Shown: positions 19,717-27,978, counted from the stretch's first letter. The stretch: DNA of 64,000 nt from Bacteroidales bacterium (GCA_024401415.1 JAKSLC010000001.1:564-64563); one strand, 5' to 3'. Numbers and translations: made by a program. Notes: a model not told the origin generated them from the letters alone.

Positions 19717-19861
19717 CGTATGTTATCTACAGGTCTTTCATTGACGCATCAGCTAACCTCGTCTGTCCGTATTCTCTCTTTCCGTATATATCCGGCATGA
19801 CTATCTGTTTATGCCTCTTCTATCTCTGCATTTCTACCACTCTCTCTATCCATATTTTTCT

Positions 19862-19869
19862 TACTTTTG
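19862..19869 (+). promoter_or_regulatory. -7 box TAnnTTTG for dgt
   Basis: TACTTTTG lies 22 nt upstream of ATG 19891. Confidence 0.35.
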
Positions 19870-19890
19870 TGTCGTTTTGAATCTATTTTT

Positions 19891-21201
19891 ATGAAGTGGG
19901 ATGAACTTTTAACAACCCGTCGAACTGGACAGGTTGTCAGCCGAACCAAACAGAGCAGGACAGAATTTCAGCGCGATTATGACCGTATGATTTTCTCGCC
20001 TGCATTCCGTCGTTTGCAAAACAAAACACAAGTATTCCCTCTGCCAGGTAGCGTATGCGTGCATAACCGCCTGACCCATTCTCTCGAAGTAGCTAGTGTG
20101 GGTCGTTCCCTCGGCAACAATATTAGCAGAAGACTCATAGAGGCCAATGAAGCAAATGAGGAGTTAGCTAGCGAAATAGGATCTATTGTAGCCACAGCTT
20201 GCCTCGCCCACGACTTGGGCAACCCTCCTTTCGGCCACTCTGGAGAAAAGGCTATATCTCACTACTTCCAGTTCGGCAAGGGCGCTCAGATAATCGCTGA
20301 GAATGACATGACGGAAGCTCAGAAGCAGGACTTGCTCAATTTCGATGGCAATGCCAATACCTTCCGCCTGCTCTCTCATACTTTTCGCGGTCGCCGAGAA
20401 GGTGGACTAGCACTTACGTTCCCTTCTGTCGCCAGCATCATCAAATACCCTAGATCTTCTGTCGGCGTCAAAAAGTTCGCCTATTTCCAGCAAGACCAAG
20501 AGACTTTCGAGGCCATAATGCAAGCCTTGAATATCCCATTAAAAGAGGGGAACACTTACTGCAGATACCCTCTAGTATATCTGGTAGAAGCAGCCGACGA
20601 TATATGCTACCAACTTATGGACCTTGAGGATGCCTGCCGTCGTGGTATTTTGTCTTATGACCAGACTTGCAATCTGTTTTACGGGTTCTTTGATAAGGAA
20701 ACCGATAAATGGTTCTGGGACAATAAGGATAACATCTTCGCTCAAGTAACAGATCTGCACGAGAGAATATCATACCTCAGATCAGTGGCTATTGGGAAAC
20801 TGGTAGGTTGTACCACAGAAATATTCTGGAATAATAGAGATTCTATCCTTAATGGCAATTTCGAAGGCTCCCTGCTGAAACATTTGCCAGAAGTACAGGG
20901 CAAGGCTCTTTCCACTATAGCTAAGTTGGCTGTCGAAAAGATATACCGCCATCCTAGCGTAATGGAGGTGGAAATATCTGGCTTCAGAATCATCTCCACC
21001 CTATTGGACAAATTCCTCGAAGCCCTCATGTACCCAGACAGATATTACTCTGGTCTACTGCTGCCTTTCGTCCCAGAACAGTTCAGACCCGACGAAAATG
21101 CTACTACGTACGACAAGGCTATGGCTGCAGTTGACATTGTTTCGGGTATGACTGACATATATGCACTAGACATTTACAAGAAAATAATAGGAGAAATATA
21201 A
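19891..21201 (+). CDS. dgt: dGTP triphosphohydrolase-like HD-domain protein
   Basis: HD motifs HNRLTHSLEV and HDLGNPPFGH, plus FQRDYDRMIFSPAFRRLQNKTQV. ATG 19891 is preferred over the TTG start in the track. Confidence 0.85.
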   Translation: MKWDELLTTRRTGQVVSRTKQSRTEFQRDYDRMIFSPAFRRLQNKTQVFPLPGSVCVHNRLTHSLEVASVGRSLGNNISRRLIEANEANEELASEIGSIVATACLAHDLGNPPFGHSGEKAISHYFQFGKGAQIIAENDMTEAQKQDLLNFDGNANTFRLLSHTFRGRREGGLALTFPSVASIIKYPRSSVGVKKFAYFQQDQETFEAIMQALNIPLKEGNTYCRYPLVYLVEAADDICYQLMDLEDACRRGILSYDQTCNLFYGFFDKETDKWFWDNKDNIFAQVTDLHERISYLRSVAIGKLVGCTTEIFWNNRDSILNGNFEGSLLKHLPEVQGKALSTIAKLAVEKIYRHPSVMEVEISGFRIISTLLDKFLEALMYPDRYYSGLLLPFVPEQFRPDENATTYDKAMAAVDIVSGMTDIYALDIYKKIIGEI

Positions 21202-21206
21202 TCATT

Positions 21207-21686
21207 ATGGATATACGTGTAGGTTATGGTTATGATGTCCACCGCCTCGAACCTGGTCTTGAGTTGTGGATTGGTGGTATAAAGATCGATTGGGAGAAGG
21301 GCTGGGTAGCTCATTCTGATGGCGATGTTCTCATTCACGCCATCTGCGATGCTCTCCTCGGAGCTGCTAATATGAGGGATATCGGTTTCCATTTCCCAGA
21401 CAATAGCTCCGAATTCGAAAAGATCGATTCTAAAATTCTCCTAAAGAGAACTGTTGATATCATCGCATCTAAGGGGTACAGAGTGTCTAATATCGACTCT
21501 ACTATAGCTATGCAGAAGCCTAAGTTGAAGGACCTCATCCCTACCATGCAGGAAACTCTTGCCAATGTTATAGGCATAGATGCAGATAGGGTCTCTATAA
21601 AGGCTACTACTACAGAAAAACTTAGCTTCGAGGGCGATGGCACTGGTGCTTCTGCTTACGCCACAGTATTAATTATTAAAGATTAA
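21207..21686 (+). CDS. ispF: 2-C-methyl-D-erythritol 2,4-cyclodiphosphate synthase
   Basis: GYGYDVHRL...HSDGDVLIHAICDALLGA; 159 aa. Confidence 0.93.
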   Translation: MDIRVGYGYDVHRLEPGLELWIGGIKIDWEKGWVAHSDGDVLIHAICDALLGAANMRDIGFHFPDNSSEFEKIDSKILLKRTVDIIASKGYRVSNIDSTIAMQKPKLKDLIPTMQETLANVIGIDADRVSIKATTTEKLSFEGDGTGASAYATVLIIKD

Positions 21687-21690
21687 TGTC

Positions 21691-22731
21691 ATGAAAAAAG
21701 GTGATAAGGTTAGGTTTCTTAATGCCGTCGGCGGCGGTACTATTACTCAAATAGTCGGCTCTACTGTCTATGTGGAGGATGAGGATGGTTTCGAAATCCC
21801 AACCCCAGCTAATGAGGTGGTCGTAATTAATGAGGAGAAGAGCTCAACTCAATCTCAGTCAGCTCGTACTTATTTCGATGACGCACCTAAAAAATCAGAG
21901 CCCGTTAAGGAGGTGGTTTCTGTTGTTAGAGAGACCGAGAGTGGTATAAAATCAGACGATAAGCCTCATATCGTATTGTCTTTCTTGAAGGCCGATAAGG
22001 GCAACTCTGGCGATCTCGAGCTGTATGTCGTCAACGACTCGCCTGTATATGCATATTTCACTATCGGTCAGGTTTCCGAAGATGGCAAGAAGTCTGAGCC
22101 TATATATAGAAAGGAATTGATAGCTCACGAAAAGGCTTTGATCGGCAAATTCAATCCTCAGCGAATCGATAATCGTCTTTGGCAGTGCCAAGCCATTCTT
22201 TTCCACCCTACCGCAACTTATAAGCCTTATGATCCTATTAGCAGAGATATTCGCATCAAGTCTACTAGGTTCTTCAAAAACAACTCTTTCGTAGAAAATG
22301 ATTATTTCGACGATAAGGCTGTATCTTATGATGTGACAAGCGATGACCTGGAGTCTCAAATCGAAAAGCTTACTGAGCATGATATGCATTCTGTCATATC
22401 AGAAAAGGAGCGAAAGGAACAGCAAAAGCTATCTAAAAAGACTATTAATGATCTCATCGAGGTCGATTTGCATATCGAACAGATTCTTGATTCTACCGCA
22501 GGAATGTCTAATGGAGAGATCATACAGGTCCAGCTGGCTCGTTTCGAACATGTCATGCAGGAGAATGCCGACCGCAAGGGACAGCGCATCGTCTTTATCC
22601 ATGGCGTCGGTAATGGCCGCCTAAAATCAGAGGTCATAAAACTCTTGGAAAGAAAATACAAGAAGGCTCAATATCAAGATGCCTCTTTCAAGGAGTACGG
22701 CTACGGCGCTACTCTGGTAATTATCAAATAG
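21691..22731 (+). CDS. Smr-domain protein (DUF2027-like N-terminus)
   Basis: C-terminal Smr pattern IVFIHGVGNGRLKSEVIKLL. Confidence 0.72.
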   Translation: MKKGDKVRFLNAVGGGTITQIVGSTVYVEDEDGFEIPTPANEVVVINEEKSSTQSQSARTYFDDAPKKSEPVKEVVSVVRETESGIKSDDKPHIVLSFLKADKGNSGDLELYVVNDSPVYAYFTIGQVSEDGKKSEPIYRKELIAHEKALIGKFNPQRIDNRLWQCQAILFHPTATYKPYDPISRDIRIKSTRFFKNNSFVENDYFDDKAVSYDVTSDDLESQIEKLTEHDMHSVISEKERKEQQKLSKKTINDLIEVDLHIEQILDSTAGMSNGEIIQVQLARFEHVMQENADRKGQRIVFIHGVGNGRLKSEVIKLLERKYKKAQYQDASFKEYGYGATLVIIK

Positions 22732-22763
22732 CCTCCACGTCGTATGGAGGCCCTGCTTATTAT

Positions 22764-23483
22764 ATGCTCGGAACTATCATAAATACTACTACCATTATTG
22801 TAGGTAGCTCTTTCGGAACTTTATTGCGCAAGGGTATCAGCGAGAAGTATAAACAGGCTCTCTTTGATGGTCTCGGTCTGTGCTGTATCATCTTGGGCGT
22901 TAACGCAGCTCTCCCCAATATGGCTAAGAGCGAATTTCCAGTCTTGTTTATCCTTAGTATCGCTATTGGTGGTATAATAGGCACTAAACTCGATCTTTCC
23001 GGGCATATCGACCGCTGGAATACTAAACTCAACCAAAAATCAGGCAAGGAAAATAACGCACTTAATGGGTTGGTCACAGGAATACTTCTGTACTGCATTG
23101 GTACTTTCAGCATAGTCGGACCCGTTCTATCTTGTCTGTCTCCTAGCCACGGTTGGGCGTTCAATGAACCTGGCAATACTTTCTTATACACCAATGCCAC
23201 ACTAGACCTGGTCACTTCCGCCGTCCTGGCTGCTACTTACGGCAGAATCATGCTTCTCGCAGCTCCTGTCCTCTTCTGCTGGCAAGGCTTTTTCTACGCC
23301 ATAGCATACTTCTGCGGCAACGGCATGCCAGAACCTATGCGAACCGAACTCTCCATAGTAGGCGGAGTCCTGATAGTCAGCTCAGGAATCTCAATCCTAG
23401 GCATCAAAGACTGCAAAACAGTCAACCTCCTCCCAAGTCTTCTAATCCCAGTAATATTCTATCTGGTAAAAGGGTTGTTTTGA
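22764..23483 (+). CDS. DUF554 family membrane protein (YdfK/YqgA-like)
   Basis: MLGTIINTTTIIVGSSFGTLL N-terminus and a polytopic profile typical of DUF554. Confidence 0.72.
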   Translation: MLGTIINTTTIIVGSSFGTLLRKGISEKYKQALFDGLGLCCIILGVNAALPNMAKSEFPVLFILSIAIGGIIGTKLDLSGHIDRWNTKLNQKSGKENNALNGLVTGILLYCIGTFSIVGPVLSCLSPSHGWAFNEPGNTFLYTNATLDLVTSAVLAATYGRIMLLAAPVLFCWQGFFYAIAYFCGNGMPEPMRTELSIVGGVLIVSSGISILGIKDCKTVNLLPSLLIPVIFYLVKGLF

Positions 23484-23640
23484 TTACCGTAATTTTATCT
23501 GTATATGACAAATCGACTTTCAACTAAAACGAGCAATGCCGACATCTTAAATATGTTTGCTGCTATTTGCGGTACTATATGCATAATAGTCAATCATTCA
23601 AATGATGCATACAACGATTCTGTAAGCACTTATTTATCAG

Positions 23641-23745
23641 GGTCGGCTTGGTGAGCTATCTCCCATTCTAGGCATCAAGGACGTGAAGACTGTAGATCTG
23701 CTTTTAACCGGCTTGTCCCTATTATCTTCCACCGATACCCCGTAG
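23641..23745 (+). pseudogene. Relic 3' end of a DUF554 paralogue
   Basis: The frame reading ...LGELSPILGIKDVKTVDLLLTGLSLLSSTDTP* parallels the intact gene end ...SGISILGIKDCKTVNLLPSLLIPVIF. There is no upstream coding continuation. Confidence 0.5.
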
Positions 23746-23766
23746 AGACGTTTCATGAAACGTCTC
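23742..23766. repeat. REP-like palindrome copy 1
   Basis: GTAGAGACGTTTCATGAAACGTCTC; the core GAGACGTTTCATGAAACGTCTC is a perfect 22-bp palindrome, followed by the half-site AAACGTCTCCC at 23777-23787. Confidence 0.9.
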
Positions 23767-23802
23767 AAAAAACATAAAACGTCTCCCAAGAATTTAAAAA
23801 AG

Positions 23803-24408
23803 ATGAAGACTCCACGCAATCTTCTATACAATAATTTGTATCGCATCCCAACGGCTCGTATGAATAGCCAAGAATACGATGGTGGCGCATATTTCGTGAC
23901 GATATGTACAAAAAAACGAGCATATCATTTTGGAGAGATTAAATCGGACATACATGGCACAAAATGTATGATACTATCCGACATTGGTCGCCATACCAAC
24001 GACCAGATTCGCAACATCTCAACGCATTGCCCATACGCCAACGTGCCGTTATGGGTCATCATGCCCAATCACATACATATGATTGTGTTGATTGATGGCA
24101 ACATGACACCACATCCCAAACGCACATCAAATCCCGCCGTAGAGACGTTTCATGAAACGTCTCCCAAAAATCATGAAACGGCTCCCGAAGCCATGGAATA
24201 TGTAACACAGATGCAGTCATGGCTATCTGTTGTAATCCGTTTATTCAAATCCTCCATCACCCAATTCGCCCGAATCAGCAACATACCATTCGCTTGGCAA
24301 TCGCGTTTTCACGACCATATCATACGCGATACTGATGATATGAACAGAATAGCGGACTATATATCACACAATGTACAACGGTGGGATGACGATTGCTTTA
24401 ATGCCTGA
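23803..24408 (+). CDS. REP-associated tyrosine transposase (IS200/IS605 Y1, RAYT-like)
   Basis: GGAYFVTICTKKR, HUH motif PNHIHMIVLI, WQSRFHDHIIR, catalytic-Tyr helix RIADYISHNVQRW. ATG 23803 is preferred because the track start 23755 is the CATG centre of REP copy 1. Confidence 0.8.
   Translation: MKTPRNLLYNNLYRIPTARMNSQEYDGGAYFVTICTKKRAYHFGEIKSDIHGTKCMILSDIGRHTNDQIRNISTHCPYANVPLWVIMPNHIHMIVLIDGNMTPHPKRTSNPAVETFHETSPKNHETAPEAMEYVTQMQSWLSVVIRLFKSSITQFARISNIPFAWQSRFHDHIIRDTDDMNRIADYISHNVQRWDDDCFNA
24139..24163. repeat. REP-like palindrome copy 2 (inside the RAYT ORF, in frame)
   Basis: Identical 25-mer encoding VETFHETS, followed by the degenerate half-site CATGAAACGGCTCCC. Confidence 0.9.
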
Positions 24409-24479
24409 AGATTCGTACTAATACTTTGCTTTTACGGCATTGTAAAAACAACACCCCCGTAAAACCTGCCTTATCCCTC

Positions 24480-24504
24480 GTAGAGACGTTTCATGAAACG
24501 TCTC
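24480..24504. repeat. REP-like palindrome copy 3
   Basis: Identical 25-mer preceded by CCCTC, followed by the degenerate half-sites AAACGCCTCC and CATGAAACAACTC. Confidence 0.9.
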
Positions 24505-24611
24505 CAAAAACGCAAAACGCCTCCAAAAAACTCATGAAACAACTCTATCAACATTGTTTTTTAGATACCAACGTTGTATACATAGAGCCTACCTCTCAAA
24601 CTCCTACCCTC

Positions 24612-24636
24612 GTAGAGACGTTTCATGAAACGTCTC
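24612..24636. repeat. REP-like palindrome copy 4
   Basis: Identical 25-mer preceded by CCCTC; 77 nt from the stop of the convergent gene at 24713. Confidence 0.9.
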
Positions 24637-24712
24637 CCAAATTACGTATCGCGTACACTCTTTATATTCGCATCCACGCAAATTCGTCTAAATTTAACCT
24701 CTAGATCTATCG

Positions 24713-26167
24713 TCAATAACAAACATCTTGCCTATCCCCCCTATAGACCAAAGCCTCTACAACATTAGAATCGTATTTTGTAGGCTCTAATGCGAAATCA
24801 GGAAGATTGTACGACTTCATCTCCTGATCATAATATTCTCTTGGATTTCGCTGAGGTAACATAAAAGCCTTAGCGGCTATTCCATTCTCATCAATATGCA
24901 CTATATATGGCAGAGAGTGATATCCATCATCTCGACGAGATGTAAAGACTACCCATTTGGAATTAGAAGACCAATTGTGATAAGACTCTGTGTCTTTCGA
25001 ATTAGCCAATACTAAAGGATGTGATTCTTTAGTCTGAATATCATATATCCACAAATCTGCTTCATGGTGCCAGATTGAAAACTGTCCAAAATTCACCTTG
25101 GTATATAACAGAAATCTACCATCATACGAGGGGCGAGTCCAAGCTATAGATTTACCTTCAGACCTAGCATCTATCAACGTATCTACTACTTCTCCGAATC
25201 TTCCCGTTTGTGCATCAAAACTTATCGAACACAACACATACTTCACCTTCTCATACTCTTTAGGCAAATTACATGGAGCTGCCGTACTGAAATACATAAT
25301 CTTGCCATCAGGGGAAAATGTTGGAGAGGTTTCGTAATAGTCTGTCTTCAATAATGGGGATGACAACAACTTATTGCTGTCAATATCCAAAACTGCAATA
25401 TCCGACTTTGTATCATATACCTCTATTTTTGAAGAATCAGCAGCAAGGTATACCTGTCTTGTTTCATTTTGACTATACCCTACATACTTCCCACTTGGAT
25501 GCCAATAAGTATATACACATGGCATCTCTTCTGGCGTAGGTTTAAGATTATATGCTTGGTACTTGTCTCCTCTTCTGACAATAGTAGCTCCATGTACCCC
25601 CCTAAAATGGGTACTTGAATATTTTGTATCGCATTTATTTGAAGTATGGCAGTTCATACATCCTCCCTCCAATTTCGTCCCAGCATATATAGTTGAGACG
25701 TCAAATGTCGACAAATCACGTTCGTATAGTCCCATATCGCTAAAAATACCATATCCAGGAGCAATAAGCCTGTAATGGAGCCCATAATCAATACTATCTT
25801 TGCTGACTACAATCTCATAGTCTTTATATGTTTTCCATCCACCATCTTTCAAAACACTCACACTGACACAGAGTGTATCTCCAACATTTTCCGCCAATAA
25901 ATAATGCCAATCGTCAACATCTATATCCAAACAAGCACGAGAAGTACAAGTCAATGAAGATACATTTCCCTTAAATGTCACACTTATTGCATCTACATCT
26001 TCGACTGTCTGAAAATTCAATGGCGCAATATCCACAGGGATTGTGACAAATTTATAATCAGGATATATCTCTGGGTACAAAGCAAGCTCCTCAGCATCTT
26101 TCACCTGAATACTACCACACGCTGTCAGTAAAAAAAGGGCTACTACTATATGTATATACTTTACCAT
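24713..26167 (-). CDS. lipoprotein with a single CxxCH motif and a PD40/TolB-like beta-propeller; function unknown
   Basis: Lipobox LLTACGS; GGCMNCHTSNKCD (CMNCH encoded at 25646-25660); blade motifs SPTFSPDGKIMYFS, RPSYDGRFLLYT, WSSNSKWVVFTSRRDDG. Confidence 0.75.
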   Translation of the reverse strand: MVKYIHIVVALFLLTACGSIQVKDAEELALYPEIYPDYKFVTIPVDIAPLNFQTVEDVDAISVTFKGNVSSLTCTSRACLDIDVDDWHYLLAENVGDTLCVSVSVLKDGGWKTYKDYEIVVSKDSIDYGLHYRLIAPGYGIFSDMGLYERDLSTFDVSTIYAGTKLEGGCMNCHTSNKCDTKYSSTHFRGVHGATIVRRGDKYQAYNLKPTPEEMPCVYTYWHPSGKYVGYSQNETRQVYLAADSSKIEVYDTKSDIAVLDIDSNKLLSSPLLKTDYYETSPTFSPDGKIMYFSTAAPCNLPKEYEKVKYVLCSISFDAQTGRFGEVVDTLIDARSEGKSIAWTRPSYDGRFLLYTKVNFGQFSIWHHEADLWIYDIQTKESHPLVLANSKDTESYHNWSSNSKWVVFTSRRDDGYHSLPYIVHIDENGIAAKAFMLPQRNPREYYDQEMKSYNLPDFALEPTKYDSNVVEALVYRGDRQDVCY

Positions 26168-26173
26168 AAGTTT

Positions 26174-27925
26174 CTAATAAAAGAACAAATAATACCAAAG
26201 AGTCTTTGAATATGATAGTTCCAATAGCTTTTCTGCATTATCCGAACTATTATATGTAGAAATAAAAGCCTGAAGTCGCTCTTTATTATACTGAGTTGCA
26301 GAATAAGGGAATCCTTTCAATGTTTTATGACTCATTATCCACGAAATCAATGTAGCTTCCTGATAAACTTGTGGAATATCACCAGGGAAATGTTTCTCAT
26401 ACTCTATGAATGATTTTATAAACAAATCCATTCGCTTATCATACAAATAGTACATAAGAAGATAATCCCAAACAAAACGATTATTTGGATGCTGATTTAC
26501 TAATTCTCCAACATCAATAGATGAATCTTCAAAGGATATATAATTATCATCTAATATTCTCCCCCTTATCTCTTCAAGTTCAAGACACTGACTTAAATCT
26601 CTTCTACTTACAACCTTATTAAGCATCTCTGTCGCCCAATCATCATAGAAAAGTGTCTTCTGTAAAACTCTTAAGTATTTTGCAGCCGACTCCCAATCTC
26701 CATTTATCATGTCAATCTCAGCTAACCTCTTTATATATCTTACACTTAAATAATGGTTCGGAATCGCTCCCTGAGCTTCACTAAAATAACGTCGAGCTAT
26801 ACTCGTAAGACCAAGATGATAAAAAACTTCTCCAGCCGAAATAGACATCGATGGGTGACGTGCAAAAGGGACAAACAAACTCTCTGGCCCCTTAGGGTTA
26901 TAATGAAATGCCTTTTGCGTAAGTTGTCCTCTCTTGGCTAATGCTAAATTGAGATAATTCTGCTCAGTCATTCCTTCTGGGGCATTAACATCAGCAATCG
27001 CTATCATTTCATCCCACGCTTTTTGCCTACATAGGTAATCATAACGGAGCATATTCTCAAAATCTTGCCTATAGCAGAATGCAGACGCCTTAGCTCCTAG
27101 TCCTATAATTACCAATACCGCAACCGATATAAGTATCTTCTCTAGCTTTTCACTTCGCACACTTATTTTAGCTAGAATAATAGTTCCTATTACTATAGCT
27201 ACACAAACATATAGCACTACATTTACCTGCATCGGATTGCGTAGATAATAAATGCCTTGAATATACGCGTCAACACCATACTCTCCGTACATGTGAGAAA
27301 TGCCAACTATCGCTAGCCACTCTATCAATAACGCAATAGTTATAAGAATAGCCTTAGCTATTTTTATTTTCTTATTTAAACAATCAACTACTATTACCCC
27401 TAATACCATCAATAGTATAGCTACCGTACCTGCCAGCATATACATCAAAACACTAGATGCTGATAATACAATATAGCGGCAATTATTAGGCTTTATCTTA
27501 AGAACAATATTAGCACCGATTAAGCCAAACACCATAGCAACTAATGAGGTAAGTAGCGACTCCGCTACCCCGACAACACAATATGAAGCAACAAGAGGGG
27601 CCAAGCTCAATGCCAATCCCCAAATTCCATCATTAACTCTTCTTATTAAACCTAATGACAATATCTGAACCAACGACACCCCCAAAGCAATAATACAAGC
27701 ACCCACCCAATGGTTCACAAAAAACTGGGTAAGAAATTGTGAGATATAATCGGCCAACCCACCTACACTAAATAATGTCTTAATAAAAAAAGCCGGTGTT
27801 AACAAAAATAATTGCAATTGCTCATGATAATTCATCTGCCCCCAATGACAAAAACGCCAAAGACAACAAACCACTACCGCAAATAGGATAACTACGAGTA
27901 TTGTAATATGCCTCTTATGCAACAT
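26174..27925 (-). CDS. polytopic membrane protein with C-terminal helical/TPR-like domain (DUF6057-like); function unknown
   Basis: About 9-10 hydrophobic helices in the first ~290 aa, then a soluble helical-repeat region (WESAAKYLRVLQKTLFYDDWATEML...). ATG 27925 is preferred over the TTG at 27952. Stop is 6 nt before the next gene. Confidence 0.72.
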   Translation of the reverse strand: MLHKRHITILVVILFAVVVCCLWRFCHWGQMNYHEQLQLFLLTPAFFIKTLFSVGGLADYISQFLTQFFVNHWVGACIIALGVSLVQILSLGLIRRVNDGIWGLALSLAPLVASYCVVGVAESLLTSLVAMVFGLIGANIVLKIKPNNCRYIVLSASSVLMYMLAGTVAILLMVLGVIVVDCLNKKIKIAKAILITIALLIEWLAIVGISHMYGEYGVDAYIQGIYYLRNPMQVNVVLYVCVAIVIGTIILAKISVRSEKLEKILISVAVLVIIGLGAKASAFCYRQDFENMLRYDYLCRQKAWDEMIAIADVNAPEGMTEQNYLNLALAKRGQLTQKAFHYNPKGPESLFVPFARHPSMSISAGEVFYHLGLTSIARRYFSEAQGAIPNHYLSVRYIKRLAEIDMINGDWESAAKYLRVLQKTLFYDDWATEMLNKVVSRRDLSQCLELEEIRGRILDDNYISFEDSSIDVGELVNQHPNNRFVWDYLLMYYLYDKRMDLFIKSFIEYEKHFPGDIPQVYQEATLISWIMSHKTLKGFPYSATQYNKERLQAFISTYNSSDNAEKLLELSYSKTLWYYLFFY

Positions 27926-27966
27926 ACAAAAACAATATAGGTTAACTGACAAAATGTATTATGCTA

Positions 27967-27974
27967 CAAAAATA
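27967..27974 (-). promoter_or_regulatory. -7 box (TATTTTTG on minus strand) for the membrane/TPR gene
   Basis: CAAAAATA on the plus strand, 42 nt upstream of ATG 27925. Confidence 0.35.
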
Positions 27975-27978
27975 GCAT

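Larger units (their letters stand above)
23742..24636 (+). mobile_element. RAYT-REP island: IS200-like Y1 transposase plus four copies of its putative cognate palindrome
   Basis: Four identical 25-mers, GTAGAGACGTTTCATGAAACGTCTC, around and inside a HUH/Y1 transposase ORF. Confidence 0.6.

Noticed and set aside
23745-23766. Resemblance of the REP core (CGTTTCATGAAACG) to the parS consensus tGTTTCACGTGAAACa
   Set aside because: The central CG dinucleotide is missing, so the half-site spacing differs. The copies are 10 kb from parAB and associated with a RAYT. This is probably coincidental, though a ParB ChIP could test it.
23637-23846. 69-aa minus-strand ORF, and the plus-strand start at 23755
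   Set aside because: Both arise from the CATG centre of REP copy 1. The RRFMKRL and MKRLKK peptides are palindrome translations. The RAYT more plausibly starts at ATG 23803.
23742-24636. Possible CRISPR array (four identical 25-mers)
   Set aside because: Spacings are irregular (397, 341 and 132 nt). One copy lies inside a gene, the repeats are perfect palindromes typical of REPs, and there are no cas genes.
24426-24704. 92-aa plus-strand ORF downstream of the RAYT
   Set aside because: It contains VETFHETSP twice only because it reads through REP copies 3 and 4. This is a non-coding repeat array, not a gene.
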